A stretch of 64,000 nucleotides of DNA from Candidatus Roizmanbacteria bacterium (GTDB lineage: Bacteria > Patescibacteriota > Microgenomatia > UBA1406 > GWC2-37-13): positions 747,063 to 811,062 of the forward strand of contig CAWJTN010000001.1 in the NCBI GenBank assembly GCA_963845895.1, read 5' to 3'. Under the pieces are notes generated by a model, which saw nothing but the letters and a program-made list of their open reading frames with translations, was not told where the DNA came from and did no database searches. Positions 1-9,268 of the stretch are shown here, one piece after another; positions within the stretch are counted from its first letter, which is position 1; each line of letters starts with the position of its first letter. The translations under genes and the position numbers were made by a program.

Positions 1-105
1 AAGTCATTCACTGATGAGATTGAGATATTTTTGACAACCAAGGAGAAAATATTAAAAGATCAAGAAGATACGAATATCTGGGAGAGAGTGGAGATAGAAG
101 CATAA
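1..105 (+). CDS. 3' end of an ORF entering from upstream of the window (unknown product)
   Basis: Frame 1 is open from base 1 to TAA at 103-105 (..KSFTDEIEIFLTTKEKILKDQEDTNIWERVEIEA*). A hairpin follows. No family recognised. Confidence 0.3.
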   Translation, partial: KSFTDEIEIFLTTKEKILKDQEDTNIWERVEIEA

Positions 106-109
106 AAAA

Positions 110-145
110 ACCGCAAGCGAGAGAGGTTAATCTCCCGCCTGCGGT
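110..145. terminator. Hairpin between convergent genes, likely intrinsic terminator for the minus-strand DUF2958 gene
   Basis: ACCGCAAGCGAGAGAGG-TTAA-TCTCCCGCCTGCGGT gives about 13 of 15 stem pairs. An A7 run at 104-110 becomes a U-run after the hairpin on the minus strand. Confidence 0.45.
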
Positions 146-152
146 ATTAGAA

Positions 153-596
153 TTACTTTGCCATAACCTCGGACAGCCGGCATGGCTTGAAAAAGAGATC
201 CCGTTCAATTGGTAACCCTAGCTTACCCCTGTTTGCCAGAAGTTCCGATAAGGTAAAATACCCTAGTTCCGGAAAGTCTCCGACTACATACCCGTAAAAC
301 GTGTCCTTACCATCAAACTCAATGGCATACCAGGTCCAGCCAAAGTCCGGGTAAAAGAACTTACAGATTACCATCGGATCTTTAACTTCCTCTTGAGAAT
401 AGAGAGGTGGTAATTTATCCAGCACCTCTTTTGTTAGTATTTTCATAGATTGCTCCTTTCTATAACCGGAGAGGATTTTTTGGCCTTTCCGGCTGTCAAA
501 ACTTATAAACTCTAACTTTTTACCGTAAATGGCGACCCTAAACTCCCTAAGCCGTTCATCTACGGTATAACCTTTGTAGGTCGGTAGTACATACAT
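153..596 (-). CDS. DUF2958 domain protein (family typical of conjugative plasmids/ICEs)
   Basis: LPPLYSQEEVKDPMVICKFFYPDFGWTWYAIEFDG...FYGYVVGDFPELGYFTLSELL...LPIERDLFFKP matches my memory of the DUF2958 pattern. A strong SD (GGAGGTG) lies 7 nt upstream of the ATG. Confidence 0.75.
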   Translation of the reverse strand: MYVLPTYKGYTVDERLREFRVAIYGKKLEFISFDSRKGQKILSGYRKEQSMKILTKEVLDKLPPLYSQEEVKDPMVICKFFYPDFGWTWYAIEFDGKDTFYGYVVGDFPELGYFTLSELLANRGKLGLPIERDLFFKPCRLSEVMAK

Positions 597-815
597 ATGT
601 TTTCACCTCCAATCGGCATAAAAAAATAAATAAGCTGGACAGAAGTTTTTTGTCCTGTCCATCAAAAAAGGGGCATGGGGTGAAAAACAGATGTCAAAAG
701 TTTTTCTGAAGTAAAGCGAAGAAAAAGGATTTTAACGCCTGTCAGAAAAATGCGGACCTTAAATGATAAGTTTTATTTTTATTTGCATTTTTCTACAGGC
801 TTAAACACCCACCTT

Positions 816-843
816 TTGATAGCTGGTTTGAACCCCATATAAT
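816..843 (+). promoter_or_regulatory. Near-consensus sigma70-type promoter (TTGATA-N16-TATAAT), copy 1 of a duplicated module
   Basis: TTGATA at 816-821 and TATAAT at 838-843. About 65 nt aligns with 5446-5512. Confidence 0.5.
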
Positions 844-1146
844 GAGAAAGCAGGACAGGACAAAACGTAGGTGTATTAAGTTGTGAAATAAAAAATAATG
901 AATCTGTTATTTTCTTAAACCTTTTTACGGAGAGGGTTTTGTCTATTTTGTTATCACTTTTATATCTTTAAGTAAAATATGTGTAGCCATAATCCCTGAT
1001 TTAAGATAATTAGGAATTATGAAAATGGCTTATAGTCGTTGTATTTTATCAAATTAATGCTATACTCAACATCTAAATACTATTATAAATAATAACCATA
1101 GTTTAGCTGCCCGACAGCCAACGGAGGGTTAAAGAAACTGCCCGCA

Positions 1147-3249
1147 ATGGTCGGGTTTTTATATGAAGAAAAAATGAATATAAAGAAAATAAGCATAGTA
1201 ATTCCTACACTAAATAATCGTGTGCAAATCAATGAGTTGTCTCACGGGTTAAATACCGTGCTGAATGGAGCCGGAATAGACCATAAGATTACCTGTTTTG
1301 ACAGAGGATCTACTGATGGAACGGTTGAATATCTTTTGTCTCTTTCCCGAGAGTTCCCAATTGAAACTGAAAGACTAGTCCCAGGGCAAAAACTTACCAA
1401 TGCACTTGCAAATTATTCAGCCATAAGCGAAACAGATTACATTGTAATAATAGACCCGGATTACTCATCAGCTGCCATAGTCTGTAATGAGCTTCTTGGA
1501 AACATAACTGAACAAGACGTTCTGTCCCCATCTTTTTTTAAAAATGGTACTACGCAACATCTAAATCCCGGTGTGACAATAATAAAACCGAGGGTTCTTA
1601 CTCATCTACTGCAAGCTAGTAATCATAAAGAGCAAATATTACAATGGAGTCTTATTCAGCATGCCAAGTATTTAGGCTACAATGTGGCTCATCAAGCTAC
1701 CAGTGAGATTGCTCCTTTTAAGAAAGTCTCTTGGTTAACAATGCTATGGCCAAAGATAAAATTAGCATTTACTGATTTCCCCCCTTATCATCTACCTCCG
1801 GAAAACAAAGAGACTATGAATTGGGCTGGGATTCACTACCATAAGGCTCGTTTTATTACCCATACGACTATCCGCAGTCAACACAGTGCACTCACTACTC
1901 TTACAAGTTCTCAAAAGCTTATCCTTTTTAGTTTCGGAGTTATTTTATTAGCTAGCTTTATACTTAATTGGCATTTAACACTACTTTTTTCATTTTCATC
2001 AATTGTCCTTCTCTATTTTTTAGATTTATTATTTAATGTTTTTATTATCTTTCGCAGTCTTTTTATCAATCCGGAAATTGTAATAACGGACGAAGACATC
2101 CAAGGCTTGGAAGAGGAAAAACTGCCAGTTATTACCATCCTCTGTCCTCTGTATAAAGAAGAATCTATTCTTCCACAATTTATTGAGGCTATGTCCTCGT
2201 TTGATTATCCAAAAGAAAAACTTCAGGTACTCCTTCTCTTGGAAGAAGATGACAAAGGAACAATTGATGTAGCAAATAAAATAGCCCCGCCATTTATCCA
2301 AACCTTGCTTGTTCCTAACTCGTTTCCAAGAACCAAACCCAAAGCTCTCAATTGGGGTCTAGGTCATGCAAAAGGGGAATATATTGTTATATATGATGCC
2401 GAGGATATACCTGAGAAAGATCAATTAAAAAAAGCGGTTATTGCTTTCAACAGGGTAGGGAACGATGTCTTCTGTATGCAGGCAAAACTTAACTTTTATA
2501 ATCCCAAACAGAATTTACTTACCCGTCTATTTACAGCCGAATATTCACTTTGGTTTGACCTGATCCTTACTGGTCTATATTCCATATCAGCACCCATTCC
2601 CCTTGGGGGCACATCCAACTTCTTTAGAACAAAAGACATTATTAAAGTAGAGGGCTGGGATGCCTTTAATGTTTGCGAGGACTGCGATCTAGGTCTTCGG
2701 CTGTACAAGCGGGGAAACAAAACGGCGCTTTTTAACAGTACAACCTTCGAGGAAGCAAATAGTAATTTAAACAGTTGGATAAAACAACGCTCTCACTGGA
2801 TAAAAGGTTATATTCAAGGTTTTTTTGTTCATATCCGTTCACCGAGAGGATTTACGCGCTCTATCCGAGAACCCCATTTTCTCACTTTTTTATTAGTGGT
2901 AGGAGGAAAAACACTTTCCGTCTTTATCAATCCTTTTCTGTGGATTATCACCATATCGTATTTTCTATTCCGGCCATATATTGGTCATTTGATTGAATCG
3001 TTTTACCCTGCCCCTATTTTTTATCTGGGATTATTTACCTTGATGGTCGGCAATTTAATCTATCTTTACAACTACATGCTCGGTTGTGCCAAGAGGGGGT
3101 ATTGGAACCTTGTGGAACTGGGTTTTCTTGTACCCTTTTACTGGTTATTGATGAGTTTCGCTGCCTGGAAAGCGCTCTACCAAATATTGGTAAAACCATA
3201 TTATTGGGAAAAAACGCCTCATGGATTACATCTTAGTCAGAATGTATAA
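1147..3249 (+). CDS. Two-domain family-2 glycosyltransferase, membrane-embedded processive-synthase type
   Basis: The N-terminal GT2 domain has ISIVIPTLNN..DRGSTDGT. TM helices follow, then a second GT2 domain (ITILCPLYKEE, YDAED) and KQRSHWIKG at the Q(Q/R)xRW position, then C-terminal TM helices. The start could instead be ATG 1174 (MNIKKISIVIPT). Confidence 0.85.
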   Translation: MVGFLYEEKMNIKKISIVIPTLNNRVQINELSHGLNTVLNGAGIDHKITCFDRGSTDGTVEYLLSLSREFPIETERLVPGQKLTNALANYSAISETDYIVIIDPDYSSAAIVCNELLGNITEQDVLSPSFFKNGTTQHLNPGVTIIKPRVLTHLLQASNHKEQILQWSLIQHAKYLGYNVAHQATSEIAPFKKVSWLTMLWPKIKLAFTDFPPYHLPPENKETMNWAGIHYHKARFITHTTIRSQHSALTTLTSSQKLILFSFGVILLASFILNWHLTLLFSFSSIVLLYFLDLLFNVFIIFRSLFINPEIVITDEDIQGLEEEKLPVITILCPLYKEESILPQFIEAMSSFDYPKEKLQVLLLLEEDDKGTIDVANKIAPPFIQTLLVPNSFPRTKPKALNWGLGHAKGEYIVIYDAEDIPEKDQLKKAVIAFNRVGNDVFCMQAKLNFYNPKQNLLTRLFTAEYSLWFDLILTGLYSISAPIPLGGTSNFFRTKDIIKVEGWDAFNVCEDCDLGLRLYKRGNKTALFNSTTFEEANSNLNSWIKQRSHWIKGYIQGFFVHIRSPRGFTRSIREPHFLTFLLVVGGKTLSVFINPFLWIITISYFLFRPYIGHLIESFYPAPIFYLGLFTLMVGNLIYLYNYMLGCAKRGYWNLVELGFLVPFYWLLMSFAAWKALYQILVKPYYWEKTPHGLHLSQNV

Positions 3250-3251
3250 GT

Positions 3252-5027
3252 ATGAAAAAATTTAATTCTTTCTTAGATAGACGATTGATTGTACTGATTA
3301 CTTCCACAGCGTTAAGTCTATTTATGGGAATGTTCATTTTTTATCATTCTCAAAACACCAATCTTCTCTACGGTGACGGAAAGAGCCGTCTTCTGATCGC
3401 TAGAAGGGTATTTGACTCGATGACGCCTGGGTTTACCCAATTGGGTGGCGTATGGCCCCCCTTCCCCCAGTTATTGTTTTTACCCACTGCATGGAACGAC
3501 ACCCTTTTTTATTCTGGAATATCGGGATTCATAAGCTCTTTAATCTTTGGAGTTATAGCTGTATGTTTTTTAGCAAAGCTCGTCTTCGGAATGACCAAGT
3601 CCAAAATTGCAGTAATTGCCTCTATTACAGCATTTTTACTTAACCCCTCTCTCCTTTATATGGTGACAACCCCAATGACAGAGCTAGTTTATATTGGATT
3701 ATTAATTACAACTGCGTACTACATATGGAAATGGTCAGTAACTGAGAAATTTTTGTATTTACCACTTGCAGGAATTTCTGTTGTTGCGGCAAGCCTGACA
3801 AGATACGATGGCTGGTTTCTGGCGGTGTTCTCATCTTTGATAATTGTGCTTACAACGTTGTTCAAACACAAACCTTTGTCCGAAATAAAAGGATCATTTA
3901 TTCTTTTTGCTACTGTAGCCTTTTCAGGCGTAGTAGGATGGCTTGTTTACAACCTCCTGATTTATGGAAATTTGTTTCGTTTTGCTTTTGGGGAAGGTTC
4001 AGCTGCTAGCCAGGCAGTGGGTGGTATTTCTGTAAGTTTAAGCAAAGGACATATCGTTTACTCTACTCTTGAATATTTGTCGGCGGCAAATCTAAATGTT
4101 GGTATTATCTCTCTGCTAATTATCCTAACCGCCTTACTGCTGATTATCTCTGTACGGAAATTTAGACTTTTAATACCCTTTATGATTTTAAGTACCCCAT
4201 TTTTGTTTAATATAACTTCACTTTTTATTGGACAATCAGAATTACTTACTAAAAATTTACCTCCGTTCAGCTTATTTAATACAAGATTCGGACTCCCTGT
4301 TATTCCCCTCGTAGCTTTGAGCTATGGAATACTAATTGGATTACTGCGCCGTTTCAAATATCTAGTTATTCTCATTTTTCTTATCGCACTATTGCAGTTT
4401 TCCCTCTTACTACAAAGTACTCCAATCGTTCTCAAAGAGGCTATTATTGGTGAGTCTTCCCCTAAATCACTAGAACGACAAAAACTTTCATTATGGCTTA
4501 AAGGCAACCCCGTAGGTGGCTTAACCATGATCAGTGGTTTGGAGAATGATGTACTTATATTTGACGCTCAACTACCCTTAAAAAGGGTGATTTATGAAGG
4601 AAGCGGAAAATACTGGAAAATGGCTGAAAATAACCCTAGTTCAATAGCGGAAAGAATAATAGTTTCCCCTGAAGATCGGGATTCTATTTGGAAAATGAGT
4701 CAGGAAAATAAGAACTTTTTCAATAGTTATACACTTGTATCCTCAGGAGAATCTTTCCGTGTATATGACCTAACGAAGAACAATAAACTGGAAGCGGTGC
4801 AATCTGTTCCGACTGTGGAGACTGTAGAAAAACCTCCAGTGGTAATACCACCAGTGGAAACATCTTGTGACTATACGATTCAGATAGGAGACTCGCTTTG
4901 GAGAATAGCAAAAAACAAACTTGGAAAAGGAAGTTACTTTACAAAAATTATTAAACTTAATAAGGATACTTACTTTGATTTACCCACTATTCACCCGGGC
5001 AAAAAAATAATAATCCCTTGCACTTAA
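3252..5027 (+). CDS. Polytopic membrane protein (GT-C-like) with C-terminal LysM domain
   Basis: More than 10 hydrophobic helices. The C-terminal YTIQIGDSLWRIAKNKLGKGSYFTKIIKLNKD..IHPGKKIIIP is LysM-like. It lies 2 nt after the GT2 stop. Confidence 0.7.
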   Translation: MKKFNSFLDRRLIVLITSTALSLFMGMFIFYHSQNTNLLYGDGKSRLLIARRVFDSMTPGFTQLGGVWPPFPQLLFLPTAWNDTLFYSGISGFISSLIFGVIAVCFLAKLVFGMTKSKIAVIASITAFLLNPSLLYMVTTPMTELVYIGLLITTAYYIWKWSVTEKFLYLPLAGISVVAASLTRYDGWFLAVFSSLIIVLTTLFKHKPLSEIKGSFILFATVAFSGVVGWLVYNLLIYGNLFRFAFGEGSAASQAVGGISVSLSKGHIVYSTLEYLSAANLNVGIISLLIILTALLLIISVRKFRLLIPFMILSTPFLFNITSLFIGQSELLTKNLPPFSLFNTRFGLPVIPLVALSYGILIGLLRRFKYLVILIFLIALLQFSLLLQSTPIVLKEAIIGESSPKSLERQKLSLWLKGNPVGGLTMISGLENDVLIFDAQLPLKRVIYEGSGKYWKMAENNPSSIAERIIVSPEDRDSIWKMSQENKNFFNSYTLVSSGESFRVYDLTKNNKLEAVQSVPTVETVEKPPVVIPPVETSCDYTIQIGDSLWRIAKNKLGKGSYFTKIIKLNKDTYFDLPTIHPGKKIIIPCT

Positions 5028-5212
5028 TTATTTACGTTTTCCATTCCACACTTCTAATACCCGCTTTTTCGAAAACGGAGTTACCACTAGCGACGGTTCG
5101 GGTACTTTCTCAAGTACATTTTCCGAGTAATTAAATATTCGACTTTGGAAAAGTTTAAACAACTTATCGGCTCCCGCCGGTGGGTTGTTTTTGTATAATA
5201 TGTTAAATCTAT

Positions 5213-5431
5213 ATGAACGATCAACAGATGCTCAAAATACTGGGAAATAATATCAGGAAGATACGGAAAAAAAGAAAAATATCCCAGCAAAGATTTTCTA
5301 AAACTATAGGGATTGACAGAAGTTATTTTGTAAAAATTGAAAATGGGAAAAAGAATCCTACAGTTGGAATGTTAAAAAAGATAGCGAAAGGACTAGATAC
5401 AAGTGTCAATAAGTTGTGTAAAGATATTTAA
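5213..5431 (+). CDS. XRE-family helix-turn-helix regulator
   Basis: LGNNIRKIRKKRKISQQRFSKTIGIDRSYFVKIENGKKNPTVGMLKKIAKGL is a classic HTH_3 pattern. Confidence 0.85.
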   Translation: MNDQQMLKILGNNIRKIRKKRKISQQRFSKTIGIDRSYFVKIENGKKNPTVGMLKKIAKGLDTSVNKLCKDI

Positions 5432-5460
5432 ACAGGTTATTTAAGCTAAAAACCCACATT

Positions 5461-5488
5461 TTGACAGATACTTTAAACTCCATATAAT
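5461..5488 (+). promoter_or_regulatory. Consensus sigma70-type promoter (TTGACA-N16-TATAAT), copy 2 of a duplicated module
   Basis: TTGACA at 5461-5466 and TATAAT at 5483-5488, about 145 nt upstream of the methyltransferase ATG. Confidence 0.55.
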
Positions 5489-5633
5489 GAGAAAGAAAGG
5501 ACAGGACAAATATTTGAGGATTTGCTAGTAAGATTATTGTAAGAAAAATGTTAAAATAGTGCTTATATGGCCGATATAGACGAGGCGCAAATACTTGACG
5601 AGCGCAGAAGAGGGTTAGAAAGCAGAAATAATT

Positions 5634-6677
5634 ATGGCTAGAGAAGCATCAGTCAAAAATCTTACAAATGCGAAACGGGCAAAAAACGATGAGTTTTATA
5701 CCCAATATGGCGATATTCAGAAAGAAATTGAAAAGTATCTTGATTACAACCCTAATACGTTCCGAACTAAAGTTGTGTATTGCAACTGTGACGATCCGTA
5801 TGAGAGCAATTTCTTTCGCTATTTTGTACTTAACTTCAACAAGCTTGGATTAAAACAGCTTATAACCACAAGTTACAAACCTTCGCCTGTAGCCAACACT
5901 CAGCTACAATTGTTTGGCAATGACAAGACACTCTCGAAATCAAAAGGTCGTCCCAAGATAACCGCCAACAAATTTATTATTAACGAAGTGCACGACATAG
6001 ATGACGATGGCGAATTCAACTTGAAGGATGTTGCCAAGCAGTTAAAAGCAAATAAACACAACGAATGGACGCCGCTAGACGGCGACGGCGACTTCCGTAG
6101 CGATGAATGTATAAGTCTGCTTAAACAATCCGATATTGTCATTACGAATCCGCCTTTCAGTTTGTTTCGAGAATATGTTAAGCAACTTTTTGATTATAAA
6201 AAAAAGTTTTTGATTATCGGCAATATTAATTGCATAACTTACAAAGAGGTATTTCAAAAAATTAAAAATAATGAAATTTGGCTTGGTAATGGTATGGGAA
6301 GGTGGATTTCAGGATTTATTGTACCTGAATCCTATGACTTGTATGGGACAGAGGCTCGAATAGATGAAGATGGAAATAGAATTGTTGCTACCAATAATTG
6401 TTTATGGCTTACCAATCTTGACCATGGACGACGCCATCAACCAATACCACTTATGACAATGGAGGAAAATTTGAAATATAGCAGACACAAAGAAATTAAA
6501 GGCAAAAAAGCTTATGAAAAATATGATAATTATGAAGCGATAGAAGTATCTTTTACCGATGCGATTCCAAGTGATTATAAAGGTATAATGGGGGTGCCGA
6601 TTAGTTTTTTGGATAAGTACAATCCTGAACAATTTGAGATATTAGGAATGCGACGATCACAGGATGCAGTATCCTAA
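5634..6677 (+). CDS. N6-adenine DNA methyltransferase (EcoRI-methylase-like family), C-terminus apparently frameshifted
   Basis: Has NDEFYTQ..VVYCNCDDP and the catalytic ITNPPFS (NPPF) motif. The expected C-terminal tail continues in another frame at 6672-6752. Confidence 0.8.
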   Translation: MAREASVKNLTNAKRAKNDEFYTQYGDIQKEIEKYLDYNPNTFRTKVVYCNCDDPYESNFFRYFVLNFNKLGLKQLITTSYKPSPVANTQLQLFGNDKTLSKSKGRPKITANKFIINEVHDIDDDGEFNLKDVAKQLKANKHNEWTPLDGDGDFRSDECISLLKQSDIVITNPPFSLFREYVKQLFDYKKKFLIIGNINCITYKEVFQKIKNNEIWLGNGMGRWISGFIVPESYDLYGTEARIDEDGNRIVATNNCLWLTNLDHGRRHQPIPLMTMEENLKYSRHKEIKGKKAYEKYDNYEAIEVSFTDAIPSDYKGIMGVPISFLDKYNPEQFEILGMRRSQDAVS

Positions 6678-6754
6678 TTGGAGAGGCAGAGGCCCTGATT
6701 TGAATGGAAGGTCTATTTTTAGAAGAGTTATTCTAAGGCATAAGAAAAAATAAT

Positions 6755-7918
6755 ATGAAACCAATTTTAAAAACCAACATTACTGTTAAAGAAATCTGTG
6801 ACGGATTTGTCTATAACGAACTTGAAGGTAAAGGTCTGTTTGGCTTATCTGGTAAATTGACTATTCAACCCGAATATCAGCGTAATTATATCTACGCTGA
6901 AGAAAACAGAGAAGCAGGTGTAATCGAGTCCGTTCTGAAAGAATATCCAATTGGCTTGATTTATTTCAATAAAATTGGCAAAGACACATTCGAAGTTTTA
7001 GATGGGCAACAGCGCATAACTAGTCTCGGACGATTTATCACCAACAAGTTTGCTTTCAAAGATGAAAATGGGATGCCGCAGATTTTTGGCAACATGGCAA
7101 AGGACAAGCAAATAAAGATTCTAGAAACAAAACTGCTAATTTATGAATGTGAAGGAACGGAGAGTCAGATAAAAGAATGGTTCAAAACCATAAATATTGC
7201 AGGCGTTCCACTGAATAATCAGGAACTACTCAATGCTGTATATTCTGGCCAATTCGTAACAAAAGCCAAAGAGGAATTCAGTAATAGCAAAAACGCCAAT
7301 ATCCAAAAATGGAGTGCGTATGTATCAGGTAGTGCCAACAGGCAGGACTTTTTGGAATGTGCTCTGGATTGGGTAAGTAAAAGCAATATTGGTGATTACA
7401 TGAGCAAACACCGCCAAGACAAAAATATAGATGAGTTGAAAAAATATTTCAACACAGTCATTAATTGGGTATCTAGTGTATTTATCGATGTTGAAGCAGA
7501 AATGCGTGGGCTTGAATGGGGACGACTTTATGAGGAGTATCACAAAAAATCATATAACCCCACCAAAGTATCAGCCGAGGTACACAAGTTCTATGGTGAC
7601 TTTTTTGTTAAAGATAAAAAAGGAATTTTTGAATATATTTTGGGAAGTAATAACGACACAAAATTGCTTAATATTCGTATTTTTGATGAACCAACCAAAA
7701 GAGCTGTTTATGAAAAACAGACACGAGAAGCTATAACTAAAAAGAAATCAAATTGTTCACTTTGTGCAGTTGGGCATGACGCTAACAAGAGTAAAATTTG
7801 GAGTTTTGGTGAAATGGACGCTGATCACGTATCAGCTTGGAGTAAAGGTGGTGCAACAGAGGTTAGTAACTGTGAGATGTTATGCAAAAACCACAATCGA
7901 GCAAAAGGTAACCGTTAA
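6755..7918 (+). CDS. DUF262 (ParB/GmrS-like) protein with C-terminal HNH nuclease
   Basis: IQPEYQRNYIY and DGQQRITSL are DUF262 motifs. The C-terminal CSLC..DADHVSAWSKGGATEVSNCEMLCKNHNRAKGN is an HNH motif. Confidence 0.85.
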   Translation: MKPILKTNITVKEICDGFVYNELEGKGLFGLSGKLTIQPEYQRNYIYAEENREAGVIESVLKEYPIGLIYFNKIGKDTFEVLDGQQRITSLGRFITNKFAFKDENGMPQIFGNMAKDKQIKILETKLLIYECEGTESQIKEWFKTINIAGVPLNNQELLNAVYSGQFVTKAKEEFSNSKNANIQKWSAYVSGSANRQDFLECALDWVSKSNIGDYMSKHRQDKNIDELKKYFNTVINWVSSVFIDVEAEMRGLEWGRLYEEYHKKSYNPTKVSAEVHKFYGDFFVKDKKGIFEYILGSNNDTKLLNIRIFDEPTKRAVYEKQTREAITKKKSNCSLCAVGHDANKSKIWSFGEMDADHVSAWSKGGATEVSNCEMLCKNHNRAKGNR

Positions 7919-7975
7919 GTTAATGAGGTTCTTTGAGAGATTTCTTAATATTTCTAATGAATAAAGAAAATAATT

Positions 7976-9232
7976 ATGAAGAAAATTAAAGTATCAATCC
8001 AAGATGAAAATACGTTAGTACTATTAGAAGATGCCCAAAAGGGTGACACAATTGACCTCAAATCAATACACGAAGCGGATATTGATAAAACATCAATCGT
8101 CAACCTTATAAAATCAATCAAAAATGATGAATTTAACGCAGAGTTAGAAGCGGCAAAACGTACCATAGAAAAAGAAAAAGGTCTTGAGGCTGAACTCAAA
8201 GAGAAGGATATTATCAATAGAGCGAAAGAAGCGCTTACAAAAAAAGACCAAGAAATAACAGTCTTAAATACCAAAGTTGAAAACATAGCTAAACAGGTTG
8301 AGTCGGATGTCAAACTTATAGCATTGGAAGAAAAACAATCTTTAGAAGATGGGTATCGACAAAAGTTAACCGATAAGGATGTAGAAATTCAAGAGGTTAA
8401 ACATCAAAAAGAGCTAAGCGAGCAAAAATTTCAAGATCAGATCAAAGCTAGTGAAACTGCTTTAGTATCTCTAAAAGAGATGCGTTCAAGGATGAGCACT
8501 AAGATGATCGGTGAATCATTAGAGGTTCACTGTGAAAACGAGTTTAACAAATTTCGACCATTTGCTTTCCCTAAAGCTCAGTTTGGCAAAGATAACCAAG
8601 TATCAACTTCAGGCTCAAAGGGAGACTACATTTATCGAGAATACGATGATGACGGTAATGAAATCTTATCCATTATGTTTGAAATGAAGAATGAGGACGA
8701 TGAAACGTCAACTAAACATAAAAACAAAGACTTTTTTAAAGAATTAGATAAAGATCGTAAAGAGAAAAACTGCGAATATGCTGTTCTAGTTAGTTTGTTG
8801 GAAAAAGACAATGAATTTTATGATGATATTGTTACGGCGCAGGATTATCCAAATATGTACGCAATAAGACCTCAACATTTTATTACCATCATTGGATTTT
8901 TGCGTCAAGGTAATTTGAAATCACAAGAATTACGACGAACCATCTTAGCTCTTAAAAATCAAAACATCGATGTTACTAACTTTGAAGCTAATATGAGTGC
9001 CTTCAAAGATTCTTTTTCTAGAAATTACAGCTTAGCCGCTGAACAATTTAGTAAAGCTATCGAAGAGATAGATAAAACAATTGATCACCTTAATAAGGTT
9101 AAGGAAAATCTACTAAGATCAGACAACAATTTGAGGATAGCAAACAACAAAGCTTCTGAACTAACAATAAAAAGGTTGACAGCTAATAGTCCGAGTGTTG
9201 CCAAGGCTTTTGAGGAAAACACTAGCCAATAA
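7976..9232 (+). CDS. DUF2130-like coiled-coil protein with PD-(D/E)xK-like core
   Basis: About 170 aa of Glu/Lys-rich coiled coil, then GDYIYREYDDDGNEILSIMFEMKNE..CEYAVLVS (a D..E.K arrangement). The DUF2130 assignment is from memory. Confidence 0.65.
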   Translation: MKKIKVSIQDENTLVLLEDAQKGDTIDLKSIHEADIDKTSIVNLIKSIKNDEFNAELEAAKRTIEKEKGLEAELKEKDIINRAKEALTKKDQEITVLNTKVENIAKQVESDVKLIALEEKQSLEDGYRQKLTDKDVEIQEVKHQKELSEQKFQDQIKASETALVSLKEMRSRMSTKMIGESLEVHCENEFNKFRPFAFPKAQFGKDNQVSTSGSKGDYIYREYDDDGNEILSIMFEMKNEDDETSTKHKNKDFFKELDKDRKEKNCEYAVLVSLLEKDNEFYDDIVTAQDYPNMYAIRPQHFITIIGFLRQGNLKSQELRRTILALKNQNIDVTNFEANMSAFKDSFSRNYSLAAEQFSKAIEEIDKTIDHLNKVKENLLRSDNNLRIANNKASELTIKRLTANSPSVAKAFEENTSQ

Positions 9233-9268
9233 AAATTATGAAGCAAACCTCATTAATGCAAAAATCAT

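Noticed and set aside
8-208. 66-aa minus-strand ORF overlapping the terminator hairpin and the 3' end of the DUF2958 gene.
   Set aside because: It spans a convergent-gene terminator and overlaps two better-supported reading frames. No motif was found.
1085-1146. GC-richer stretch GCTGCCCGACAGCCAACGGAGGGTTAAAGAAACTGCCCGCAATGGTCGGG just upstream of the GT2 synthase gene, considered as a riboswitch or attenuator.
   Set aside because: I can draw only a short CCCGAC/GTCGGG pairing and recognise no known riboswitch consensus. The support is insufficient to call a feature.
2029-2996. Internal or antisense ORFs inside the GT2 gene (2029-2301(-), 2496-2720(-), 2775-2996(+)).
   Set aside because: They are fully nested in a longer ORF with clear family motifs, have low-complexity AT-rich-derived composition and lack an SD.
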